In this document: positions 1 through 11,642 of the stretch, in pieces
Numbering within the stretch: position 1 is the stretch's first letter
Layout: every line of letters begins with the position of its first letter
From: Nemertoderma westbladi
Lineage: Eukaryota; Animalia; Xenacoelomorpha
DNA: 64,000 nucleotides
Assembly (NCBI GenBank): GCA_032718475.1
Contig: JAUCBJ010008826.1
Span: 13,667-77,666 of the forward strand
Direction of reading: 5' to 3'
Translations under genes and position numbers: made by a program
The notes under the pieces: generated by a model
Seen by the model: the letters and a program-made list of their open reading frames with translations, nothing else
What the model was told of the DNA's origin: nothing
The model's database searches: none

Positions 1-1499
1 CTGTCCCAACTAGGGATCGAACCAGGGCTCCCTAATTGAAAGCCCAGGAATGTCACCAAGTACTGTATATTCTAAAGTGCAACGTCATGTGAAATTACCA
101 CGAATGAATGACTGCATTATTGGATTCTTTCCCTCAAAGACCACAAGAAACACTGCTAAAGACTCCGGATTACGTCCAGTATAGCAGTATGCTTAATTAT
201 AGTTTGACAATAAACTGGCTAAATTTCAGGAAGGTTAACAATAACAGTACTAATGTAAAATAATTATTGTACCGGTACAAAAAAGTGTACATGCTTAATA
301 GTAAGCCTATAAAGTAACCTTTTTCATGATTGCAGATAACATTTCAGATTCTCCACTTTGTCTTTCCATTTCTCTTCCTTGTCTCTCCATTTTTTTATCT
401 GATTCTCTTCCTTGAGTCTCTTTTCCGTTATCCAAAATCCCTTCCTGTGTTTCCATTCCGTTTTCTGAAATAATTTCTTGTGTTTCAATTTTGTTTTCCG
501 ATTTACCAATTTGCTCAACATCACAAGTCTTACTCTCAAGCATTACTTCAACTGATGTAGTTGGATTTAGAGAAACGGCTTGTTCATAGATTGCACCTGA
601 TTGCTAAAATAAAATGCATAAATATAATTATAATATATATTAAACCGGCACAGCATTCTTAAAAATGCAGCTGCAATGCAGCATTCCGATCCCACTGTAG
701 TACAGTGGTATAATATATAATAAATAATAAACATATACCAGTACACTATACTCACTCACTATAGTATATCAAATTAGACACATGATTTTAGCACCGCCCA
801 TTAAACGAATCTGTTTGTAGGTGATCTCCATATTAAACAAGCTTATTAATTATTCAAAAACTCACCTATGGAATAATAACCCACTACAACACTAACAGTT
901 TGTACTTTGTAGGTTATATTAATAAATTATTTTTTCATAAGTTATTGTTCAAGATATAGAGGTAAAGGAATCAATTGATGATAACTATATTCAAGTCAAG
1001 GATTAATTTGGTAAACTAATTATATACATTCAGGAATGGCCTAGTCCTAGTACAGTATATTGTTCGGTACCTACTGTATATATTCCTGAATTAGAAATTG
1101 TGTACATTTTTGTATCTCCATCTGTTGCAGACACAAATATTGAGGAACCATTATACATTCATTTTGATTGCAGCTATTATAAGCCATTCTATAGAATGGT
1201 CTCCATGATACTTCTACCTTTTCGGAAACGTTGTTGTTGTTGGTGTATCCATGATTTTACTTTACCTACTGTATAACTATATATATTTATGCTTTGAGTA
1301 ATAAAGCCCGCGGGCGAGAATACCGGAAATAAAATGAATGAAATGAGTGCCATACAGCACAGGGCGTTTGTAACTTTATTCTGTCAAATAGCTTAGCTGC
1401 AATCGAAATCAGTTTGATCGCACAATATGAATCTACATAGAGTCATGATTTTCCTTTGACAGCAACCAGCTCGTGATGGATTTAAGAGTTGGATTATTT

Positions 1500-1990
1500 G
1501 TTAGAGAATGAAATGGATTATGATAAATAATTCATGGCCCTTGAATCCCTCAGGAGGTGCGCCATCAATACCACTGACTTTATTTGTCTTCATAGAAACT
1601 GCGGATTTTTCTACATCACAAATTGTGATATCACCTGTGGTAATCTCTTTGAGAACTGTGGGAGACACGTTGTAAAGTGAAGTTACCAGGAAGTACTAGA
1701 TCATCATTGAGAAGTTTCTCAAAGTGAGCCTTCAAAATAGCTAGGGATTCCACTGTTGTCTGTTACCCTGGAATTTGGTTTGCTCTTCCTTACAGTTTGC
1801 TTCATTAATTGCTTGCTATGCCGCAACAAATTTTCAACTTTCGATGGATTTCTTTATTGCAACAATCTGCTCACTGACTAGCAATGACTGATTGAAATTA
1901 AAGTCACGAAATTATTTTTTATCAATAGAGGTAAGTTTAACAGGGTAACATTCATGATAACAGGTAGTATCTCATTGTCACCTTTCGAGA
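1500..1990 (-). pseudogene. Degraded non-LTR (RTE-like) retrotransposon ORF2 fragment, linker upstream of RT
   Basis: Minus-strand translation gives LKAHFEKLLNDD...ITTGDITICDVEKSAVSMKTNKVSGIDGAPPEGFK. This resembles the HF..LL / EV..AI..MK..KA.G.DGIP.E motifs that precede LINE RT. Boundaries are approximate. Confidence 0.5.
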
Positions 1991-2188
1991 TTTCCAACTG
2001 GAGCTCGCCAGTTAGATCTCGCTTGGGGTGTCCGGATAATTGCAACCCGGGTCATTGGACCCATGATTTTAGATATACTGTATTTGTTGTATCGCAATTG
2101 TCCAGGTCGCAATTGTCCTACTGTAACTTCCACACCTGGACGTCAACGCCGACTTTGCTACGAATAATACGTAGTGTACAGTATTGAT

Positions 2189-3680
2189 AGTAGTAGAGTC
2201 TTGGGCGGCTCGGCGACAGTTAGACCCCACTCATGACACATCGCTTAGGAATGTGACACCTATGGGTGTCATTGGCGCCAGAATGTCTGGGTGACACCTC
2301 CTAATTAGGCTAATAAAACCCAAATTTACAGGTGTCATCAATTAATTAATACACTTAATCCCTAATAGGTGTCTTACGACTCCTAATTAGGGTTTAATTG
2401 ATTATACTAATTAATCAGACCGAATAGCGCCCTAACACCCAATGGCTCATGAGTGTTGTCTAACTGTCACCTAGAGGCCCAAGAGGGTGTCATAAGTGAC
2501 ACCGCGGCTTTTTTATTTATTAATACTTATTTATTTGTATTTAATTTTAATTTATTTAATTGTATTTATTTTTACTTTATTTATTTAATTTTAAATTAAT
2601 TATTTATTTGTACTTTATTTTAAATTAATTAATTGTATTACTTTTACTTTATATATTGATTTCTATTTTAATATTAATTAGTTTTTATATTACTTACCGC
2701 TACTAAATGAGATCACTATGACATAATATCTATATTTAGCTCTGTGGTATACAGCTCCTTACTGGCAACTATTTTGGAGTTAATGTTAGCAAAGGGCCTA
2801 AACTTAAGACAAGCTATCGCCTAGGTTACCAGTTATGCATGAATGAGAAATTTATCAGGGCCCCTCTTAAAATTCTTTGTGCTGCGTCAGCAGCACAAGG
2901 AAGCTTAAGGAAGCTGCATCCCTATCGATAATCTAATTATGGTATCGCTAATCATTTTCAGTATACTGTATAATTAAATAGGGCCCTCAATTAATACATA
3001 AGTTTATATATACAGTTTATCTTCAATTTAATTTGTTTTTATTTACAACCCTAATTGTTCTACTGTATTATAATTTATGTTTTATAATAACAAGCTATAT
3101 CCGGTTAATCTGTATTAATTTTCTTTGTACTGAGTTTATCGAGTGCGCTGTTTCCAATGGTCCTATTCTCAAAACGATCTAACCTACTGTATAATTAATT
3201 ACTTAAGACTGCGATGTATGCGTAATTAACTAATCTCGTTTACCAGTTTTCCTTAAAAACTTTGAAGCCATATTGCTTAAGAGTTCTAAGGGGCGAGTCA
3301 TGAGGCAAGATGTTTGAGACTTATTTAGATATATTATTACTTAATTTTGACCCCCCAGTCGGTATCTATTACAATATGGGCTATAACTTTTGTAGAGTCA
3401 CAGAGTAGTCTGAAGTTCCCCAGTCTGCCGCTAGAGGGCGAAATGTCTCAAACTAAAAACCATATAGTAGCCATGAATTGGTTACTAGGCAATAATACTG
3501 CATTTTGCAAAGTTAGGCCTATTGCTGACCGAATGAAAACTGCCCTGGTTCATGCGGGGATCGAACCCATGACATACGGGAGATGCGAATTCAACGTAAC
3601 CACTACACCAAGGTGGAACCGTAACCTTCGAATTTGTTCGTTGCCGTTCGAATTTGTAAGACTCTCATTTAAGACCTGAT
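2189..3680 (+). repeat. Left TIR (outer part) of the Polinton-like element
   Basis: Reverse complement of ~22740-24168, apart from small indels. Confidence 0.9.
3541..3620 (-). ncRNA. tRNA-derived/Pol III-type sequence inside the TIR (also at ~22205-22290 and ~22804-22890 on +)
   Basis: Minus strand reads GGTTCCACCTTGGTGTAGTGGTTACG...GGGTTCGATCCCCGCATGAACC, with A-box-like TGGTGTAGTGG and B-box GGTTCGATCC. No canonical cloverleaf. Confidence 0.4.
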
Positions 3681-3931
3681 ACAGACTATGCCTCACTGTG
3701 GCATAGACTATGCCTCACTGAGGTACAGAATATGTCTCACTGAGGCTCTGAGGCATAGTCTATGCCTCACTGGGGCACTGAGCCACAGACTATGCCTCAC
3801 TGAGCCGCAGACTATGCCTCACTGAGGCATAGACTATGCCTCACTGAGGTACTGAGGCATAGACTATACCTCACTGAGGCATCGACGACTATGCCTCACT
3901 ATGGCATAGACTATGACTCACTGAGGCATAG
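3680..3931. repeat. Quasi-palindromic ~22-bp minisatellite (left arm), interrupted by the solo LTR and resuming at 5118-5152
   Basis: Tandem units of CTGAGGCATAGACTATGCCTCA with variants. Confidence 0.9.
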
Positions 3932-5117
3932 TGTTCGCGCTTTCAGACCTTTAGCAGTTTAACCTGCCAAATTTGGATGTCTTCTAGATTATAAATCGAC
4001 TTTAGCCTATGACGAGTATTTGTTACACTACATTAGCCGAAGCCAGTCTATGCGCGACCATTCACCCGCTGGATACACCCGGGAGACTGGATTCGGAAGC
4101 TTTGACCTTATTGCGGTGTAGGCCTACTGTATTATTCGACTGATCGTTAATATATAATTTCTGACAAATATTATTCACTTTCGGGAAATATTAACAGTTC
4201 CTTTAGGACGTGGCGCTCTAAATATGTAAACAGAGTTATGACTTATACTAGACACAACGGGATAGCTATGGATTCACGTATAAAGCGCATTCTTTAGGAG
4301 ATGCTTTGTTATCAGTCACAATCATGCACACTACCGCACAATGCTGCACACCGATCTGCCGACCTTCACTAATTTTAGTCACATATAAAGAGAACAACAA
4401 CCGACTCATGTAGTGCCTATGAAATAGCATTAGATTCACTCCAAAACCACTTTAATGTAAGTCGCAATTATTGTATGTAACCGGTCTCTCACCTTCAGTA
4501 TATCAAGAAGATTGGCGGTTTTATGATTATTCACCGATATTATCCAAATATAATAATATTCCATCAACTGATATAATTAATAACCGACAGTAAATAGCAG
4601 TAAAAATGCGGTGTTTGTAGTTGACAATATGATTTGACACACTGACTTGTGATTAGTTTGTGTTGCGATAACAGTTATACGTTTCTATGACCAAAGCCTA
4701 CTAATGTTTGGCTAAAGCCTGAAAACACAGAAATTCCAAAGCCGGTCTTATGGGTGTGGACAAAATACACATACTGACTCAATTGCATGAGTTTCTGTAT
4801 ACAATCTCCAACACAGAGTGAAAACCGCTCTGATTGGTCGACCGAACAAAGAACGAACAAAGAACAAAGAAAATGTTACATGTGTACATATCAGCTGTTA
4901 GATGTCGTCATGGTAACTACACTGTATCAAGAGGATTTTGGCTTATTGCGACATAAGATCGCTAGTTATGTCCGCTAAAGTACACATACAGAAGAAATGG
5001 CTTTTTATGTCCACTAAAACACCGGTACAGTAAGGAAACGGCTTTTTATGTCCGTTAAAACACCTACAGAGCACTTTGCGGGAAAAATAACTAGCTAGAT
5101 CCGCAAAAGCCTTTACA
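3932..5117 (-). mobile_element. Solo LTR of the BEL/Pao family (subtype closer to the 36244-55130 copy)
   Basis: TG...CA ends (TGTTCGCGC at 3932, CTTTACA at 5117). 5-bp TSD CATAG at 3927-3931 and 5118-5122. Colinear with 53938-55130. Confidence 0.93.
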
Positions 5118-5679
5118 CATAGACTATGCCCCACTGAGCCACTGAGGCATAGTGATGCTGGGGGAATCTGGTTTGCGAGGGATATTTGAATGGTGAGTAT
5201 AACTATCCTTGAGAGTTAGTGTGATGTTATCTCACCATGGATGAGCTTTACCACAGTATTCGCATCTGCTCTTTCATTGGCTGCTCGATGCCTCAGATTA
5301 AGGGTCTAAGGCCTTCAAGCTGGTCACTTGCTTAGTTTTCTAATTAGAAGGTCATGAATTCGAACCCTAGAAGAACATTATTCTTTTTCCTAGCTCTTGG
5401 CTGACTCTAGTGTACACTAGCTTTGACTCTCCCAGCTATAGTGATAGTATGCAACCTTGGGAGTTAATGTGCGGTCTTATGAGTAAAGGCCAAGAGATTA
5501 GACTTCAGGTTGCCTCCATTGGTTCACTCTTCTTAACCTTATAAAATAACTCAACCCTTATTTAAAGTTTTAAAAATTATGACTTAGTCGACTAATTTTC
5601 CAAAGTATATTATAAAAACATATAATTGCTTGAATAAATAGACCTAATAGTAATAAATATTGTGGGGTAAATACATTTA

Positions 5680-5827
5680 TAATACTAATATAATTATTAT
5701 GGATAAATAGTCCCAATACTAATATAGGCTAATTGTTATGGATAAATAGTCCTAATACTAATATAATTGTTATGGATAAATAGTCCTAATACTAATATAA
5801 TTGTTATGGATAAATAGTCCTAATACT
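5680..5827. repeat. Tandem repeat, ~34-bp unit, ~4 copies
   Basis: AATACTAATATAATTGTTATGGATAAATAGTCCT repeated. Confidence 0.85.
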
Positions 5828-5828
5828 A

Positions 5829-6689
5829 TTATGAAAGGAACTCAAACAAACAAATGTCAATAGCGTCGTCCTGCGCGGGCATATACTGAACGAGAGTTTT
5901 TTTTATCATAGGTCTTCGAAAATAAGTAAAAGCTGGTTGATTTACTTTACTTTCATCTTCCTCATTACCCAACTGTTTCTTAATTTTATTCAATTGTTCA
6001 TTAATATTCAGTAATTTACTTTTATTTCCCAGAACCTGTCTTAATATCTCTTCTCTATTTTCTTCATTTTCTTCCATTTGTTTAATAAACTTCCGCATTT
6101 GATTTTTGTTTCCTAATATTTGTCTCAATATCTCTTCTTTATTTTCATCATTCTCTTCTAAATGTTTAATAAATTTCTGTAATTTAATTTTACTTCCTAG
6201 AACTTGGGTCAATGTCGCCTCTTTATTTTCTTCATTTTCCTTCAAATGTTTAATAATTTTCCGCAATTGATTCTTATTTCCAAGTAATTGTCTCTTTATT
6301 TCCTCATTATCATCATTTTCATCCTCTTCTCCACTTTCCTGATCTTCACTTTCTTCACCCTCTTTCTGACCTTCACTTTCTTCATCCTCTTTCCCACCTT
6401 CACTTTCTTCATCCTCTTCCCCACCTTCACTTTCTTCAGCCTCTTCCTGATCTTCATTTTCTTCACCCTCTTTCTGACCTTCACTTTCTTTATCCTCTTC
6501 CTCTTCTTCACTTCTTCATCCTCTACCTGTTCTTCACTTTCTTCATTCTCTTCCTGTCCTTCACTTTCTTCATCCTCTTCCTGATCTTCACTTTCTTCGT
6601 CCTCTTCCTGATCTTCACTTTCTTCGTTCTCAACTTCACTCTCTTTAACTTCATCCTGACCCTCACTATTTACATTCTCCATCTCATCG
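5829..6689 (-). pseudogene. 3' part of an acidic, repeat-rich coiled-coil protein gene carried by the Polinton-like element, frameshifted and split by the LTR element
   Basis: ORFs 6296-6682 (EEDEESEDQ repeats, then shifted frame) and 5829-6266 (three ~28-aa repeats such as RKFIKQMEENEENREEILRQVLGNK). Joins in frame with 20838-20949 when the LTR element and one TSD are removed. Confidence 0.6.
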
Positions 6690-7856
6690 TGTAAAAGCTT
6701 TTGCGGAATTAGCCGGTTATTTTCCCCGTAAAGTACTCTGTAGTTGGTTTAACAGGCATAAAAGGCCGTATCCTTACTGTACTGGTGTTTTAGTGGACAT
6801 AAAAAGCCATTTCTTCTGTATGTGTACTTTAGCGGACATAATTAGCAATTCTATGACGCAAGGCGCTAGATCCTCTTGAAACAGTGTAGTTACTATGACG
6901 ACAGCTAACAGCTGAGCTGTACACGTGTAGCTTTTTCCTTGTTCTCTGGTGTTTCTTTGTTCGGTCAACCAATCAGAGCGATTCTCCTGCTTTTTGTACA
7001 GAAACCTCCGGGAAATCGCGCAATGCATTATGGGTCAATGTTTACATTTTGTCCTGAGCCCAGAAGACCGGCTTTTGGAATCTCTGTGTTTTCAGTCTTT
7101 AGCCCAACATTAGTAGGCTTAATTATAGAACGTATATCTGTTATCTCACTCACCTAATCATATTGTCAACTACAAACACCGCATTTTTACTGCTATTTAC
7201 TGTCGGTTATTCATTATATCAGTTGATGGAATATTATTATATTTGGAATACCGATAAATAATTACAAAACCCTCAATCTTCTTGATATACTGAATGTAAG
7301 AGAGACCGGTTACATATAACGATTGCGACTTACATTAAAGTGGGTTTGAAGTGAATCTAATGCTATTTCATAGGCACTACATGTATTGGTTGTTGTTCTC
7401 TTTATATGTGACTAAAATTAGTGAAGGTCGGCAGATCGGTGTGCAGCATTGTGCAGTATTGTGTATGATTGTGACTGATAACAAAGCATCTCCTAAAGAA
7501 TGCGCCATATACGTGAATCTATAGCCATCCCGTTGTGTCTAGTTTAAGTCATAACTCTGTTTACATATTTAGAGCGCCACGTCCTAAAGGAACTGTTAAT
7601 ATTTCCCGAAAGTGAATAATATTTGTCAGAGATTATATATTACGATCAATTGAATAATACAGTAGGCCTACACCGCAATACGGTTAGGCTTCCGAATCCA
7701 GTCTCCCGGGTATATCCAGCGGGTGAATGGTCGTGCATAGACTGGCTTCGGCTAATGTAGTGTATCAAATACTCGTCATAGGCTAAAGACGATTCATTAT
7801 CTAGAAGACATCCCAATTTGGCAGGTTAAACTGCTAAAGGTCTAAAAGCGCGAACA
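6690..7856 (+). repeat. 5' LTR of copy A
   Basis: TGTAAAAGC...GCGAACA. Near-identical to 19672-20837, with roughly a dozen differences by eye. Confidence 0.95.
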
Positions 7857-7870
7857 ATAACAGATATACG
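7857..7870 (+). promoter_or_regulatory. Putative self-priming primer-binding site
   Basis: ATAACAGATATACG directly abuts the LTR end and is the exact reverse complement of CGTATATCTGTTAT at 7131-7144 inside the LTR. No TGG tRNA-type PBS. Confidence 0.7.
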
Positions 7871-8138
7871 CTTCTTTATTGCAACGTAGGCAATAAAGCT
7901 GAAGTACCGGCCAACCGGTACCCAATAGGCCTGACTACCTAACCACCCGGACCGGTACTTACAGCAGTACAGGTACAGCAGTATTATTTCGATTGTGATA
8001 TTGTATACCGGTAGGCTGTTTAAGAGATTAGGGACTGTACACCCCTTGTTTCTTTTGGAGCTTACTTATTTCTGTCAGGTTTTATTTATTTGTAGGTTAA
8101 TATTGAGCAGAAGACGTGTAAGCCTGCTCAGATTATAC

Positions 8139-8712
8139 AGATAATTTGTAGGCTGGACTGTTGTCTGACTGTTGTTAAGTCTGAAGGGACTGTAGTGTGT
8201 GTAGAGTGTATGTCCGATAAAGTGCCAGTTGGGAACGTAGGGGCTTCCAGTGCTGTGAGGTAAACCCCCTCGAAAGAATAAGTCGTACTACTCGGTTAGA
8301 ACGCATACTAACTAACCATTTTGGAGTCTGCATATACTGTAGTTTATTTAGGCTTGATAGTAGTCTGCCAGCGTTTGGTCTGTACTTTGTTTGTGTAGTC
8401 TGTACGGGTAGCGTAATATTTCTTATTTAGATAATTTGTAGGCTGGATTGTTGTCTGGCTGTTGTTAGGTCTGAAGAAATTTCGGTGTGTGTAGAGTGTA
8501 TGTCCGATAAAGTGCCAGTTGGGAACGTAGGGGCTTCCAGTGCTGTGAGGTAAACCCCCTCGAAAGAATAAGTCGTACTACTCGGTTAGAACGCATACTA
8601 ACTAACCATTTCGGAGTCTGCATATACCGTAGTTTGTTTAGGCTTGATAGTAGTCTGTCAGTATTTGGTCTGCATTTTGTTTGAGTAGTCTGTACGCGTA
8701 GCGTAATATTTA
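8139..8712 (+). repeat. ~290-bp tandem duplication in the 5' leader of copy A
   Basis: AGATAATTTGTAGGCTGGA...GCGTAATATTT occurs at ~8139 and ~8429. Copy B has a single unit. Confidence 0.85.
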
Positions 8713-10111
8713 TTATTCAGAGTTTATGCGATTATTCGCAACATTCATATCCCCAAGTTTATTCCTACAGTAATTGTGCTTGTTATATATACCGTTATAG
8801 TTAAACTAACCCCGGTACTACATCAGGGCTGCTTGGCGTAGGTAAAGACTGGTGATTTTGTGCCCCGGTCACTCCAGCAGATACCGTGGTTCTTTTAGCT
8901 GTACAAGTATTTCTAACTACTGATTATTTGTTGTATAAGTACTTGTACCTAATTTAGGGTTTAGTGTACAGTGCTTTCCGAGGGTAATTAGTGTGTAGGC
9001 AGTATAATTGTGTTGTAAAGTGGATAATAGGCACGTTGATTCTGGTAGACCGCGGTAATTAACTTCTAGGTAGGAACACTCCGTGATACATAACGTAGTA
9101 CTTATAGCGATACGGCTATAAGTCGTCAGACGGTGGTATTTTCCTATCTGGACAACGCAATATATTTACTACTGCTTGTTATTTTCAAATACCGTAGTAC
9201 CCTGTCCGTTGTAATAACCAGATATTCTAACCCTTTGTTAGGCTGGTTTGCAGACTTCTTGTAAAATTACCCTAAAAATTCATACGTGTAATTTTTGTGT
9301 TTATTTAGAGATTGTAATCTCACCCCGAATTGTATGTAATTTGTAGTATTAAGTAACTTAGGTAAATTAGAATTATTTGTTTTAGTGTCCAACAAGTAGC
9401 ACTTCACTGATAGCGCACAGCTTCTGTGTAGTGACTCCTTCCCAGAAATAATAACATTTATTTCAAATATTGACAAAACCCATTATACGGGTATATATAT
9501 ATTATAAATCAACTCAAACCGATTTATAAATAGTAGGCCTGCCATACAACAATTAGGTCTCAATATCAGTTGGACTACTGCTCAAATAACGGTAATAAAG
9601 TAAGTTAAAGTAACCAAGTAACCCCTAAAATTCAGAAATTCAATAATTCTAAAATAATTGATATACCGGTATTTATAATAGGCTTATTATATTTATTTCT
9701 ATAAATTTAGGCTGAAATTATACCGGTATTCTGTAATTAATTCTAGTCTGTAATTATACTTATATATATACATTATAAGTATAAGCTGTATACCGGTATT
9801 CACGATAGGCCTATTATATATATTTATATATTTGTGCTAAAATTATATACTGGTATTCTGTGACAAACCTAGTCTGTAATAATACTTATATATATACTAT
9901 AAGCATACCGGTATTCTAATATATTATATATATATATCACGCTACACTGAGTAGCAGTATCGGTAATTAATTACTAGGCTAACAGTTGATACTGAATTAC
10001 TAGACTTGCTTTAACTGTAATATAGCAGTAGGCATTCAACTGTACAAACAAACATGTCTGACACAAAGCAAAACCTGTCAGACAGCCTCCTAGATACAAC
10101 CATCTGTGACC

Positions 10112-11642
10112 AAGAGCGGACGTCCGAGAATGGCTTCAGTTTTGACCTTCTTGATAAATATTTCTTTCAAAATTGTGATATCAATCTAAACAACTTGAGA
10201 ATTCTAAGCATTTTGAGCTAAATAAATGAACTCTAAATATTCACTAGCACCAAATTGCCCACCCACCCTGTACAGCTGTAACAACGTTCTGGAACAAATA
10301 AATCATAATCTAAACATGTAGCCCCGGTGGTCTTCTAATCGTTCCTAAAAATAATTGGTAGATTCGAATTCGCATTGTACAATTAAACATTTCGGAAATA
10401 AACGTTTCGGATTATTTACTTAAATAGTTAAATTTATAAACTTTTTAATTATAAATAAATTAGTTATAAATAAAATCAAAATTTTATTCCACCGATGGGC
10501 TACGTGGATGATTATCTACAACTTTGAGTTTCATCATTTTCCCGTAGGACCTATAGTTTTCTTAAATAGCGAAATTTATTACCTTTTTAATTATAAATAT
10601 ATTAGTTATAAATAAAGTCAACATTTTATTCCCCCGATGGGCTACGCGGATGATTATCTACAACTTTGAATTTCATCATTTTCCCGTAGGACCTATAGTT
10701 TTCTTAAATAGCGAAATTTATTACCTTTTTAATTATAAATATATTAGTTATAAATAAAGTCAACATTTTATTCCCCCGATGGGCTATGCGGATGATTATC
10801 TACAACTTTGAATTTCATCATTTTCCCGTAGGACCTATAGTTTTCTTAAATAGCGAAATTTATTACCTTTTTAATTATAAATATATTAGTTATAAATAAA
10901 GTCAACATTTTATTCCCCCGATGGGCTACGCGGATGATTATCTACAACTTTGAATTTCATCACTTTCCCGTAGGACCTATAGTTTTCTTAAATAGCGAAA
11001 TTTATTACCTTTTTAATTATAATATTAGTAATAAATTGATCAATTTACTTGAAATTTGGTACACGTATTTCTGGTACCCCCCCTTCATATTGTGTGCAAA
11101 TTAAAAAAAAAATCGTATCTGCAGTTCCTGAGATCGACTGATTTTGGACTAGAGTGTACATATATACTGCTTTGCCACTACCATTATAATTCGCATCATT
11201 TACCCACTACTGATTAGCCCCATTCAATAGATTAACTGTAAACATTGTTCATATAGTGGATATGTGTATTGCTGGGCAGACTGGCTATAGTATAACATCC
11301 GTCATTAAACAACCCCAGTAGTCAGACACTGTGGTTATCATTAAATCAAATTGTCTATAAATAGTACACATTAGATGGCGGCCATATTACTACTGAGATA
11401 ACGGCATACTAGCAGCTCTACCTACCTACTGTGGTTGCCAAGCCAACTCTGAATTAATTCTACCAGCGAACTGCCTTGGTGCTCTTCCCAATCAGATATC
11501 GGCAAGATTTATTTCTAATAGTTTTAATTAATTTTTAATAACTTTAAAACATTCTCACTCGGCCCCTAATTTATGAATTTGGGACGGCGCTTTATCTTGG
11601 TAGCTACTGCGCCGGTTTTCTTGCAGGGAAAGGGCCCTCTCC
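10112..11642. mobile_element. 1.5-kb unclassified insertion in copy A gag
   Basis: Absent from copy B, where GTGACCCAGAC is contiguous. Flanked by ACC at 10109-10111 and 11643-11645. No convincing TIR. Confidence 0.8.
10440..11030. repeat. 142-bp tandem repeat, ~4 copies
   Basis: CCGATGGGC recurs at 10492, 10634, 10776 and 10918. Confidence 0.92.

Noticed and set aside
307-543. Host gene exon
   Set aside because: Low-complexity E/K-rich ORF with no domain and no convincing splice context.
3541-3620. Functional tRNA gene
   Set aside because: A and B boxes are present but no proper D and anticodon arms can be drawn. The B-box-like remnants near 1-60 and 5350-5370 are similar.
6288-6584. Phe-rich 'membrane protein' ORF
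   Set aside because: Antisense shadow of the GAA-rich acidic repeat.
6774-7157. Short ORFs repeated in the LTRs (also 19756-20139, 4675-5134, 54717-54902)
   Set aside because: They recur only because the LTRs are repeats, are not preserved between LTR subtypes and show no domain.
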